Shown in pieces: positions 15,507 to 29,010 of a DNA stretch of 64,000 nt (positions are counted from its first letter, which is position 1; every line of letters begins with the position of its first letter). Below the pieces are notes generated by a model, which saw only the letters and a list, made by a program, of their open reading frames with translations, was not told the origin of the DNA and did no database searches. Location: assembly GCA_965112155.1 (NCBI GenBank), contig OZ218102.1; one strand, given 5' to 3'. The stretch comes from Podarcis liolepis (taxonomy: Eukaryota). Made by a program: the position numbers and the translations under genes.

Positions 15507-15992
15507 TAATACTTGACTGAGCTAGACTATTGCAGAAATACCATTTCATGCCACAGACATGGTTTTTCTATGATTTATATGAGCATGTTCAAGATTTAAA
15601 TACATGTTGTGGGACTTTATGAAGTCACTAGACAAAAGGTTTAATGCAAGATCATTTTTTTTAAAAAGTCTAACCCGTGATTGATCTGTTGAAGGGCTTA
15701 AGCACATTAGCAGAAGTTAGCCACAGAAATCCAGTCTAGATCATTTAAATCTCAGATTCCCCTGAAGAGGGAGTGATTATGGAATTCTGTTAAGCTGGTC
15801 CTGAAGACCTTCGCTTCATTACTGTATTTTAGTTTTTACTATTATATTGATGATTAGGCTTTTGGTGTGAGGCAATGGATATCTTAAATGGTTTCATATT
15901 GTATGGGATTTGGATGGTTTTGTATATCTTTGTGAGCTGCTTTGTGGAGTGTGGTTCACAAAAGGCAGAATAGAAATCTGTTAAGTAAATAA

Positions 15993-16211
<219 letters not shown>

Positions 16212-16858
16212 TAAGACAGCCTGTGTAATCATGTGTTTGTGCTAGAGCAGTGTTTGCACCTAGAAACTTTTATATGCTTTTAGCTGAAAAGTTATCACAT
16301 GCCCTTTTGAATTTGCATAGACTTGATAGGAGAATAAATTCCTTCTGATCCATTCATCACCAGCTGGTGACTCAATGGCAAAGAAGAAGAAAATTTAAAG
16401 CTAGCTGTATTGTGACTTACTGTCCCAAAACATCCATATTTAATTGTCTTTGAAGGGAACTGCTAATAGGTTTTTGTCCCAAGACCAACTGCTGAATTGG
16501 TTTACAGAACTCCCATAAGCTTAGATCTTGGCTACATGTTACAGCTGTTCATACTGGAAGCAGATACTGGAATCCTGAAGCTCTCCTTCCTACATCTTGT
16601 CCTATCGGGCAAGGAGAAATGGAGTGTCTTCAAGCCCAGGCTCACCCATTGCTTTTCCCTGACCTCCTAGGAAGGAGGAAGGGTACCGAGCAAATGAAAA
16701 GAGTAGGAAATAGCTTTTTGCCTGACAGAGGTGTTTTGCTTTTGTTCATTTTAATCTAGTGTGTGCTGTGGAAAGTGCAGTTGCAAATCTTCATTGTTCC
16801 CCATCAACTCCTAGTGACACTTAACAAACAAGATTTAACTAATCAGTAAGATTTAACA

Positions 16859-17101
16859 TCCTGCCAACCTAGCAGTTCGAAAGCACCTCAAAGTGCAAGT
16901 AGATAAATAGATACCGCTCCGGTGGGAAGGTAAACGGCATTTCCATGCGCTGCTCTGGTTCGCCAGAAGCGGATTGGTCATGCTGGCCACATGACTCGGA
17001 AGCTGTACGCCGGCTCCCTTGGCCAATAAAGCGAGATGAGCGCCGCAACCCCAGAGTCGGTCACGACTGGACCTAATGGTCAGGGGTCCCCTTTACCCTT
17101 T
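16859..17101 (+). mobile_element. 5'-truncated Sauria SINE
   Basis: Matches the 3' two-thirds of the other copies; 12-bp TSD TAAGATTTAACA (16847-16858, 17102-17113). Confidence 0.9.
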
Positions 17102-17387
17102 TAAGATTTAACAATTGTCTCCTTGCCTGAAAAAAAAGTATTTCCTGCTCCTTTGGTTTCCCAGGGGCTCTATTGCTGAGGGTCTTTAAAGGTTTGTTCC
17201 TGTAATGTCAAACCATGGTTTTGGTTTTATGGCTGAGCAAGTCCGATACAATGGATTTACAGTGTAAACTTGCCATGGTATGTGTAAACTTGCCATGGGG
17301 TGCACACTGCAATAGTAACTCTTTGGCAAAAGTAACATGTGCTCCACTCTATACTTGGGCATAAGTTTAGGGCATAAGATCCATGTA

Positions 17388-17629
17388 CAGTGGTACCTTG
17401 GGTTAAGTACTTAATTCGTTCCGGAGGTCCGTTCTTAACCTGAAACTGTTCTTAACCTGAAGCACCACTTTAGCTAATGGGGCCTCCTGCTGCCGCCACG
17501 CCACCAGAGCACAATTCCTGTTCTTATCCTGAAGCAAAGTTCTTAATCTGAAGCACTATTTCTGGGTTAGTGGAGTCTGTAACCTGAAGTGTATGTAACT
17601 TCAAGTGTATGTAACCTGAGGTACCACTG
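17388..17629. mobile_element. Tc1/mariner (Tigger-like) MITE, CAGTGGTACCT family
   Basis: TA TSD and TIRs; same family as 30296, 35982, 39288 and 46489. Confidence 0.9.
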
Positions 17630-17637
17630 TATAGTAA

Positions 17638-17940
<303 letters not shown>

Positions 17941-18524
17941 TGATAGGATCTACTTGAAAATATTAGATTCTTTTTCATCACCATTAGTTGTTGAGGAATT
18001 GCTTAAAAAACAACAATTAAAAATTACAGTAGAGCTTCATCTGCTTTCTCACATCCTGTTTCCCACACTAGCCAACCACATGCTTCCAGGAAGTTCACAA
18101 CCAAGGCATTAAGGCAACAGCTCTTCCCTGCTATTGCTGTTCATATTCCCCATTCACATACTCATCTTCCATGAATGTGGCTAATCTCCTGTTGAAGACC
18201 GCTAAGCTCATGTCCATCACCACATCTCATTGCATGGGATTCCACAGATGAATGGTTCATTGTGTAAAATACCTCATTTGTCTGCCTTGACTTTGCTGCC
18301 CATTTCTTTTATTGGATGACACCAGCTTTAGTACAGTATTGTCAAAGCAGGAAGAACTTTCTGCACCCCATACCTCTGTGATTTCCATTCTTCTAAGCTA
18401 AACACCCAAAATGTTTTAGCCTTTCCTCAGAGGGGATGATGCTGCAATTCCTTGATCATTGTGGTTGACCTTTTTCTGCCCCTTTCCCAGCTCTGTGCTG
18501 TCCTCTTTGAAATACACTGTATAA

Positions 18525-18716
<192 letters not shown>

Positions 18717-21700
18717 TGGTTTTTTTTCTTGCACCACTTTGCTATGGTGAGCTCAGATCAAATAGGAAATACTTGAATCACACGTCTCATCACTTGGGAC
18801 CAACATTAAAAACATCTTTACTCACTCTCAGCTTATGCTGTTTCTTCTGATAATATCAGCGTCTTTAACTGGCAGGATTAGTAAAATGTTAAGGCAGAAA
18901 ATTGGTGTCTGTCTCCTTTTTCCCTCCCTTAGTTTTTTTCTGCTACCTTGTCAGTGAGTGGATTTTCCTAAATGTCCTTTTGGGCTAACCTGATTTTGAA
19001 GCCTCAAGTTTTTAAACCTGATTTATAAATCCTGTATAATGTTTCCATTCGTAACTTTTTGAAGTTTGGATATATAGAGGGAGAACTTGGCTATATACAA
19101 AATGATTAGTTTGGGGGCCTTTTTTACGTAAATATTTAAATATTAAAGAGGTATCAATGTGAAATTATGTACAATGAAATGACTTATTGGTGAAAATCAT
19201 TGTTGGCCAGAACACCAGATTATTTGTTGCTGTGCAATTGTTTTGTATAAAATTGCAAGAGAAATAGTCTGATATTCTGACTTATAAAGTAACAGCTGAA
19301 GTATGTGCCTGACAATTTCCTCCTACATATATATTTTATTTTTATCTGAAATAAGGAAAAATGGTCATGGCAAAGTGCTGTATATAAGCAGGCCTTCCTG
19401 CAAAACAAGGGTGAATGAGGCTTGAGTCATGCGAAGTATGTTCTAAGACAGCAGATGTGACACCTGTGAATAATCTGTTTAACAGACATAGTTCAATATT
19501 GAAAATATATTGAGGCCATTTTATAAAGAAATTGACTTGTTAAAACTAGTGACAACTCAGTTTTAAATGAATTGCATTCTGATTGACAATGTCCTTTACT
19601 AAGATGGGACTTTTATGTGTGTTGGTTTTTATCTGCTTTACAATTCAGGCTGTTTCTCTCTTTTTTATTATTATTATGTGCGTATAAATCAGCAGTTACA
19701 GTCCAGTTCAGGTCTAGCTGAAGCCCAAATGTTTTAAGAACACAGTCGATTGCGACGTTCTCCTGCACAAGCCTAGCCAAAATGGATTTGAATTGCGTGT
19801 GTGTGTAGGGGGTTTGCACAAGATAAATTCATGGTGGATTGTGCTGTTGGAGAACATTTTCAAATGTACTGATGGTGATTTGTTTACTATTGTCTGTCTC
19901 AGTGTCATGGGTGCTGATGGAAATGTCGTCTTTAATTATCCCATTGTTGGTACCTTACTCCTGTACGCAAGTTACTTGGGCATATAATTTGCTGTTTCGA
20001 AAGAAAACATTCTTCCAGATTAACTGTATTTGAGATAATAACCTTGAGTCCCTTTTTTTTTTGGTCATTGTTGTGCCCAAAATCTTCAGTTTGAAAGTGT
20101 GTTCCTTTGTGTGCTTCATTATAAGAACTACCATTGGGCTCCAGTCCACATGCTCTGGTGTGTGCACAGATAACTGTAGAAGCAGAACAGGACGGACTGC
20201 AGAATTGGGGAAAGCAGTGTGCAGGCAATGGCATGGGCATGCTGTGCTTTTCCTGACATTGAAGTGGTGGCACAGCCCCTGCTGATTCAGTTCTGTGTGG
20301 GCATCTGAGGGTTAACTGGAGTTCCAGATTATTATGATGTGTTGAGAAAGTTTTAAGTGCCACATAAGATCTCAGTCTGGAAAACCTTTCAATATTTGGT
20401 TCATCTACTTACCCCCCCCCCCCAGCAATATTACAAATATAATTGCTATGGTCTACTTGAGAATATAGAAGATGTAGAGTAATTGATATCCAATTGTGAC
20501 ATTCCACAAATGAGATTTCTCCTTCCTCTCCTCTTCCCTACAGCCCCCCTGTGCCCCCCCCCCAATTCTACTTGGTTGGGTGATCCTCTGGAGCAGGTTG
20601 GGGGCTGGGAATGTGGGGGGGGGGGCACATCTGCTGGTGCAACGGTTGATCTCTCCCATACACGAGTAAGTCTGATGTGTGGAAGAGGCTTTAATTTGAA
20701 AAGGTTTCTTTCCTCAAATTACAAAAACAGTGGCCTTGGACCTATATCTTGGCAGTAGGGCATTGGATATTCAGATTTTGGACACTATCTGGCCAGCATT
20801 AAGCACTTTAAAACCCATTGATGGAGAATGAAAGCTTGCTTCTCTCCCAGTGAAAACAATGGAGCTTACAAATGCTTAATTTTGGTTGAATCATGCCCAT
20901 CCTATACTTGAAAAAAACTGTGGCCACAGATTCTTAAAAAGCTTTAATTGGGGAGGCAAATTAACTATTGCATCTTAATTAGAAAAAAAAATACAGAATG
21001 TGTATAGAGTGATATGTTCTCCTAATATATGGAGTTCTATTGCAACGTGTCAGGTTGGTTTCTATAATTAAAATGAGTTGGCTCACTAATTGAAGCTACT
21101 ACTGTATTCCTTGGGAACTCAATTAATGCATTAGGATTTTGCATTTGGTTTATTCTTTTTATGTTATGAAATGAAATAGGCTGGTGGAATTATCTAAATC
21201 TGCCTTCCCCAACCTGCGGTTCACCTGATTTTCTGGACTACAACTCCCATCACCCCCCCCCCCCCAGCCAGCAGGGCCAGTATGGTCCAATAACGCCTGG
21301 AAGGCACAAGGTTGGGGCAGCCTGATCTAAGCTAAGATACAAGATCCCACAGCTGCAAATGAGTAATTGAAGTTCATTTTTTTAAATTTTCGAAATCACT
21401 TTGGATATCATTTTAAAAATTACGGTGTTTAGGTTGCCTTGGCCATGAAAACTTATTAGGAGAAAAATAAGGTAGATGGGTGTTAAAAATATTTCTTTCA
21501 TCTTGAATTGCTCAATTTCACATTTATCTAGTTCCTCTATTGTGCTTAAAACGTTACACACCTTCTTTAATAACAATTTGTGGGAATAGCATTTGTGACA
21601 CAATCCAGAACTAAATCCATTGTTCTATTGAAATCAGTAGACTGATCAGTCCATTGAGTCCAGTGGGTCTGCTCTGAGAATGACAAACGCTAGATACTGC

Positions 21701-23832
21701 CCTCTGTTTTTTAGAAACATTAGATGACACATTTCTGGTTGTATGGGTTCAACCTTGTCATTAAAACTGATGGATTTTTAAAATCATTGCTAACATACCT
21801 CTGAGAATTGTCACAAATTAGTTTTCTGAGCATCGCTGTGCTCTCTTTATTGGAGAAATGTTGTATATGACAGCTATTGTTTGCAGTGAAGATACCAAAT
21901 GGCCTAACATGTGGCTACATGGAATAGCTTATTATTTCCATTGAATGGTTTTCATGCTGGAGGGTTCTTTATGCTTTTTTAGATTCAGGTACTAAAGCAA
22001 AGAACCAAAGTGAAAAGACTATGGGCCATAAATAGTCTTTGATCACCAAAATTAAAGGAGTGGGTTTTTTGGGGTTTGTTTTCAGCTTGTTTTTTGGCAG
22101 TCTCTTTTCTATTTTCCTTGTTTGTGCTGCAGTATCTTCTAGGCTGTTGAACTGTGAGCATTCTTTTATCCCTCTGGCTGCATGCCATTGTGGCTTCTCT
22201 GTAGCAGGACCAGAAGTAAAAGTGAGCAGAGACAGTAGGCCTTCCTTAGCAACCAGACCTGGAAACGCGGTTGTGTAGCTTCAGAACCTTAAGAGCCTTG
22301 CCATTTTTAAAAAAGCCATTGCATGGCAAATGTGTTTAAACATCTTTTTGAAAAAGAAAAGAGCTGCAGAGGAGAAGTCCTTGAGCTTTGGCCTTCAAGC
22401 AGTTTTCTGCTTGCCTCTATCACCACTTTTCTACCCACACAGCAAAAAGATATTTTGAAAAGCAGTTGAGTGAAGCAGTCCTGAATTAAAGAAATGGGCT
22501 TGAGTGAGACAGGGTTCAGCAATTCCTCCCTCTGCTTAAGAGTACAGCTCCCATAGCTGCTTCCCCACATTTTCCAAAATAGTAGGGAGATTGTTATGTA
22601 GCTGTGTGCTACTTTAGCTTTGACCCACAGGAACATTTGGGACCATTCGCTTCCTGTCCCAGTGAAGAGATGTAGTTTTGAAAGATGGATTTCAGCAGTA
22701 AATGTGATTAAGACTTACTGCTGCCAAGGGGGATCTACCTTCCCATAGGATTCCACATTGCTGTGGGATCTGGTGAATAATGTGACTACCTGCATGTGAG
22801 TGATCCTGTGGATCTTGCCAGCTTAAAACCACATAGGTTCAAGCCACAAGAATGTGATTTCCACAGGACTGCAGATGTGGGAAGAGGTCCATAGTCATTC
22901 AAGATAGGAACTATGGGGAAACAGAATGAACTGTAAAAGTGCCACATTAAAAAAAAAAAGTTCAGGGTTTAAAAAATCAATACATTTTGCCCCAGATACT
23001 GCATGTATCCTTGAACAAGGAGAAGCAAAGCTTCATGTGGAAATGAATGTAAATGAAATTGCCCAAGCACTGCTTCCTGTCATTCATTTCACCAGGTCTT
23101 GTGATGGAGCCCCATGCAAACTCTATAGAAAAGAATAAAGCAGCAGTGATTGTACTCTTTTATGTCAGGAAACACTTTTTATGTGGTTTTACTGATGCTG
23201 CTGCTATTGCAGTTTACAATTAATACATCTATTTACCTCAAGGGGAAGCTGTCTTTTTAGCAGTAAAATAATTCGCTGAAGTTAAAGCTAAAAGCAGTGT
23301 GCAATTAAATCTCAAAATGAAGCCTACAAGTGTTCTCTGGGCTTTTGCTTTTTAGCAAAGATGAGAAAAATGTATAGAGTTGAAATAAAAAACTTCCTTG
23401 AGCCTATAATGCTTGAGAATTTATGCAGCAAATTCAGCAGAATAGAAATCCTTAGAAAATAACTGTTGGCTGCAAAATTCCACAAGCTGGGTTTTCTTTC
23501 TTCCTGCTTTAAGACTTCCACTTCACCCATTTGACTAATTTTTGAAATTTTTAAAGTAAATGTAATGTGTGTGTTCTGGGCTTGTATGAAAATTGTTTGC
23601 ATTTGTTGTCTTCTAAAGTGGCAAAAAGAGAGAACTGTTTTAAAAGGCTGTACACATATTAGACCAAGCTGAAAACATAACTGGATGACCAGTTGTTCAT
23701 TGTACTAATTGATTATTTAATGTAAATTCATTCATCTTGGTTGTTATTCTGAACTGCCTGAAAATGTGTCTATCATAACTTGAGTTATATTGTATGAATT
23801 ATTTATTTGTAATTGGACATTTACACTTCAAA

Positions 23833-23844
23833 AATAAAATTAAA
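23833..23844 (+). promoter_or_regulatory. Candidate distal ACSL3 polyadenylation signal (AATAAA + ATTAAA)
   Basis: Tandem hexamers after an AT-rich UTR-like tract, followed by a T/GT-rich stretch. Confidence 0.4.
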
Positions 23845-24006
23845 ATTGAGTTTCACAAGTTAATTTGCTTCCTGTTTTGTATTTTTCTAGAGAGTCACCC
23901 TGATGGGCCTTTAACCCTATTCCTTGCTTCATAGAATTAATGACAGTGCAAGCTTATATATTATATGCCTGCTCCATGGGAATTACCCCCAAGTAAGTGC
24001 ATATAC

Positions 24007-24860
24007 CAGGCTTTCTCAACCTTGGGTCCCTAGATGTCAAGACCCCGAGGCCTCCCTTTATGTTGAATAATAACACTTGGACATAGTATATTAGGGTAAA
24101 TGGGCAAATTTGGGCCACAACTTTATTGGTTACAGAATGTGAGCGGTATTGGATTAGGCATTGGCATTAAACTGACTATATCTGAATCCTGCCCACCATG
24201 CAGGTAGTCCAGTAAAGGTCAACCACCAATAGGGGGAGCCCTGTTGATGTACATCAACTAAGAGCTCCCCCAGGGTCCCCGATGGGGTCGTGACATGACC
24301 CTAGCCCCTACCCGGGCTTCAGACAAGATCCACACCCCCGGATCCCTTTAACGAAATACCCTTAAAATGGAGGGGCAGGTGATGGCCACACCTCCCCTCT
24401 CCCAAACCAGGTTTTACCAATGCCTAACCGCCAAACCTTCCAAAAGTTGTGACGATTGCTACGAGGTAGGCGAAAGCCAAATGGCCAGTACCAATTTGCC
24501 AAGTGGAAAAATTCCTACCAGGCCCCCTCAACAGGAGACCAACCGAGGTCCATAGCAAGGCCAATATGTCGAACGCTTGAAGGGAGGGCGGGAGATCTGC
24601 GGAAGCTGGAACGAGAAGGGAGATCCCTGGCCACGTGGCTGCTTAAAAGCACTAAGCCACGCCCTCCGGCCAGGGTCTCCCTAATGACACGGGGGCTTAG
24701 CAGGAGGCCACATGGCCTGTCCACAACACCACCCCACCTGGAAGTGGAGCGGCCTTGTTGGACTACCATTCCCATCATCCCTGACTGCTGCCCCTGCTGG
24801 CTCTGGATGATGGGAGTTGTAGTCCAACAACATCTGAGGACCCAAAGTTGAGAAAGCCTG
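24007..24860. mobile_element. Palindromic hAT MITE split by a 718-bp insertion
   Basis: TIRs CAGGCTTTCTCAAC / GTTGAGAAAGCCTG; the two halves rejoin into the CCAGATGTTGTTGGACTAC core seen intact at 47910-48047. Confidence 0.85.
24037..24754 (-). mobile_element. TSD-less insertion, probable DIRS/Ngaro-type terminal-repeat remnant
   Basis: Clean insertion with no TSD; minus-strand AATAAAGTTGTGGCC motif; GC-rich and structured. The family call is an inference. Confidence 0.5.
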
Positions 24861-25090
24861 GAATACTGTATATCATTGCAGCCAAACTCAGAATTGGGAA
24901 TGCCTTCTTCAGTTGGAAGAGGAAGCAGTGTCTGCAACCCAGGACTAAAACGCTCACTTCTTTGATGCCTTTATGATGCGCCTGTGCTCCATGCCCCCTG
25001 TTCCTGTGACCTAGTCTGTCTTATGTGAACAGCAGCATCAGCAGTGGAAGGGAGAAACTGAGGTGTGCCTTGAGGCATCCTTATCTTGTA

Positions 25091-25369
25091 CAGTGGTGCC
25101 CCGTAAGACGAATGCCTCGCAAGACGAAAAACTCGCTAGACGAAAGAGTTTTCCGTTTTTTGAGTCGTTCCGCAATACGAATTTCCCTATGGGCTTGCTT
25201 CGCAAGACAAAACGTCTTGCGAGTTCTTGCGAGTTTGTTTCCTTTTTCTTAAAGCCGCTAAGCCGTTAATAGCCGCTAAGCCGCTAATAGCTGTGCTTCG
25301 CAAGACGAAAAAAACGCAAGACGAAGAGACTCGTGGAACGGATTAATTTCGTCTTGCGAGGCACCACTG
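25091..25369. mobile_element. Tc1/mariner-type MITE, CAGTGGTGCC(C/T)CGCAAGACG family
   Basis: TA TSD, TIRs and repeated CGCAAGACGAA subterminal motifs; related to 29011 and 62591. Confidence 0.9.
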
Positions 25370-25548
25370 TATAAGCAACCAAGGGCCAGAAAAAGTTTGC
25401 TTTCAAAAGCAGCCCACCGTTCCAAATTCCTGTGAGCAATTGTGCATTTTTTGCATTTTCTTAAATGGCGAAGCGCAGTATTAGGTGGAGTTGTGTCGTG
25501 CTGTAGTCTCGCAACTCCTTGGACAGTGTTTAGTCCCCTTTGGGTTTC

Positions 25549-25923
25549 ATTACCAAACTTAAAACCATGGAGAGACCTGGTTTGAACAAAGACATTGGAT
25601 TCTTATTATACATGACTAAGCCATTTTTCACCTTCTCACCCCTTGCCTTTTCCTGTAAGACCTATTGCAGTTGTTAAGAGTCGTCAACAGGCTCATCTCA
25701 GCTATCTGCCAATCTCCCATTCCCACCACCCTTCTGAGTAATACCCCTCTCCACCTTCTCACTATATAGAAGGATCTGGCAACTTCTGTTTCAGTGTATC
25801 TGAAGAAGTGTGCATGCACACGAAAGCTCATACCAAGAACTAACTTAGTTGGTCTTTAAGGTGCTACTAGAAGGAATTTTTTTATTTTGACTATGGCAGA
25901 CCAACATGGCTACCTATCTGTAA
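25549..25923 (+). mobile_element. Penelope-like retroelement 3' fragment (end of GIY-YIG ORF plus pseudo-LTR)
   Basis: Starts with ITKLKTMERPGLNKDIGFL (GLN.D motif typical of PLE endonuclease C-termini), then a TATATA box and hammerhead core; 9-bp TSD TTGGGTTTC (25540-25548, 25924-25932). Confidence 0.8.
25796..25833 (+). ncRNA. Minimal type I hammerhead ribozyme motif
   Basis: GTAT-CTGAAGA-A-GTGTGCATGCACAC-GAAA-GC-TC-ATAC: both core boxes are intact, with stem I GTAT/ATAC, a palindromic stem II and a minimal stem III. Confidence 0.8.
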
Positions 25924-26519
25924 TTGGGTTTCTGGGAACATTTTGGCAAGAAATACAGAATGTGCATATTTCATGTGAAGAAGAAGAAATCTTGAGAATG
26001 TTACATAAATGCCAACACTGAAAATGCCAACACTGATGTAGAACAGATGGTCCAGCAGCTTTACTCTTTTATAGAGGGTTTGGTCCCATTGGAAATGGTG
26101 CTTATTTCCTGATTCTGATTCCACAGCACTTTCTGAGGTTTAGTATACACTGCCGGCAGAAGCTGGGGTGCTGTAATTGGACAGGAGTTGTCTGTTTAAA
26201 AGCCCTAGTGAACACACAGTGATTTGTACAAGCGGCTACATCGCTCCTAACATCATATTGCTCATTGATGCTTGGCTGAACTAGAAACACTTTCCATTGA
26301 ACTATAGTGCGTTTGAGGTAATACAAAGCTTTCTGCAGCATTTGATCTGCGTCTGTTCTTGCATGTCATTGCTTCTTGTAGCAGTTGCCAAATGATGCAC
26401 ATTAATTTTATTATATTCCATAACATTTATATACTGCTTGATTGTCAAAAAGAAAAGAAAAACCCTGTAGCAGTTTGTAGGTTTTACCTCTGTAGCCTCT
26501 CCCATAATAACCTGTAGTG

Positions 26520-26657
26520 CAGGTATAGGCAAACTTTGGGCCTCCAGATGTTTTGGGATTACAACTCCCATCATCCCTAGCTAACAGGACCAGTGGTCAG
26601 GGATGATGGGAGTTGTAGTCCCAAAACATCTGGAGGCCCAAAGTTTGCCTATTCCTG
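26520..26657. mobile_element. Palindromic hAT MITE
   Basis: Long inverted arms; 8-bp TSD CTGTAGTG/GTGTAGTG. Confidence 0.88.
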
Positions 26658-27855
26658 GTGTAGTGGGAGAGATTAATGAGTAGGGTCCTACTTTGGAGTT
26701 CTTGAAGAAGCAGAAGCCCCCTGAACTTCAGCAGTTGACCACAATTTTTCAATGAGAGAACCTAACTTGGGCTAGTTAAGGTTGTGCCTTCCATATGTTG
26801 TTGGTCTGCAAATCCTAGCAACGTGACTCAGCCTAGAGAATCATCTGGGATGATGAGATTCTGGAGGGGCACCACATTGACTATCCCAATCTAACTTCTG
26901 GGACTGTGATTGCAGAACTTGTACGTTGTGCCGTTTTAATAGGATTCATTCCGTCATAAACTGGCAAAGTTCCTCAAACGACCTTGACTCAATCTGACGT
27001 GGTTACTCCCACGCTGTCAATACTTTGGGGATTTCATTGCTTTCATCTGTTTGGTTCTTTTCCCTCTCTCACTTTCCTTAAAGAAAAAAGAACCCCTCCC
27101 CCCCCAAATATTCCAGCAGTTGTGAGCATAGCTTTCATACTTCCTCTGAAATAGCATACAAGCAACAGTGTAAAGTTTGTTGTGGACAGTCGAAGCTGAA
27201 CTTGCTGTGTGAGGCATAGGACTAGTGTTATTCTATCTGGACTGGTTACTGTTTTTGGACCCAAAAGTTCTGCGTTTCACCTTTGGAATCCTATACTACA
27301 GGGACCAGGATATCCAAAATACCTATCACTTGGGTCCAACATCTGAGACCCTGCTCCATGTTCCTCTGCCACGGGGGTGGTGGGTGAGCACACATGAGGC
27401 AGGGTCTTTTCAGTCTTGGTACTGCAACTCTTGCTTGACCTTCCAAGGAAGGTCTGCTTGGCATAATCAGTGCTGCCTTTTTTAGTGAATGGTGACTACT
27501 TGGCCGTTTAGGATGGCCTTGTGATAAAAATCAGACTGGTATTCTGCTGTTGTTGAGGCAATATGATTGTCTTAAATGGCATTGAGAGCGGGCTGGGTTT
27601 TTTATGCACTTTTTTATTTTTGGAAATGTTTTAACAATTCAATTTTTTCTTAGGAATGCTCTTGACTGTTGTTAATTTACTTGGGCATCCATTGAGATCC
27701 CCTGAACTAAGAAATACTGTAAATATGTAATCACTAGGGGCTACCACCACTGATCACTCTGCTCACCAACCCTTGCCACCTCTTCTGCTACCCTTATGCC
27801 CCACCTGATCAACACATACTCATTTAAGCTGACAGCACTGCAGATATTTGTACAT

Positions 27856-27986
27856 CAGGTGTGGGAAACCTTTGGCCCTCCAGATGCTGCTGAACTACAA
27901 TTCCCATTAGCTCCAGAAAGAATGACCAAGGATGCTGTGAGTTATTGTTGGGCAACATCTGGAGGGCCAAAGGTTCCCTACACCTG
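27856..27986. mobile_element. Palindromic hAT MITE (older)
   Basis: CAGGTGTGGGAAACCTTTGGCCCTCCAGATG ... CATCTGGAGGGCCAAAGGTTCCCTACACCTG. Confidence 0.8.
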
Positions 27987-29010
27987 AGGTAGAGGTTGCC
28001 TTCACATGTAGCAAAACCTGCTTAGGTCTGATACATCTATCTGTGAATCTTGCCATTGGATAAATTTGTAGAAAAGTTGCAGCTCATTTAAAAGAATGCA
28101 ACATTCTTTCTGTACAGTCCTAATTTCTTCAGCTATCTTCAGCTAGTGGGAAATCAAGTTAACCATCATCAATTTATTCCATTGATTTCAATGTAATGAA
28201 AGAATTCCTAACTTTGCCTGGGTTCAACCCAAAGCAATATTAATTTTAAATATAAGATTCCCCTACTCAGAAGGGTGTGCATTTTTCAATTTCACCAGCG
28301 ATTGGAGTAAAAGCTGTCTGAAATTCTCATTAGATTTCTGAACAGTGGAAAGCTGTGCACTGTGGCTAAACTTTCCATTCACGATTCAAAAGGCTCAGAT
28401 GAACAGGTCAGCTTGGACTGAACATTTTAACTTTTCCAAGATTGACCCTTGGACAAGAATTCTTCTTTATCCCAGCCACATATGTCGTGGAGGATCACAC
28501 ATTCGGAGGAAGACATGACTGATATTCTTATGCACTGTTTTAGACTCGGATGCATTTACTGTTGAAGTAACATTTTTGCAATTAATTTTGAGTGTTGCAA
28601 TGAAAGAAAGTAGATACAGAGTTGCCTGACACCAGACCATTTATTCTTGCACTCACCCAACTTTTCAAAAGCTCCAGAGAAAATTTCAGTTTGTGCTTTC
28701 CTCTGTGATCATCCAAGCAATAAAGTGGACTGCTTATTAATGCTCTTATAATGTTTAAAATAATTTTTTTTCTAATCTCATTTGATTGTTTTTCTTTTTT
28801 GCACCCTAAGAATATTGGCCGGGGGACTTCTGACTCTCCACATGGTTCTGACACTGTTGCAGAAGTATCTGGATGTCTCCCAGGCCAACTCCTTTTTAAA
28901 GCAAACTATGAGTCACTGGTTTCTAAGATGCTATTAATTGAGCAATCACATTTCTAACACAACTCTGAGCATTGGTTTGTATATATGAGTCATGCAAAGG
29001 AATCGTAATA

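Noticed and set aside
24035-24295. Solo LTR bounded by TGTCA...TGACA
   Set aside because: There is no TSD, and the foreign sequence continues to 24754; treated as part of the larger TSD-less insertion.
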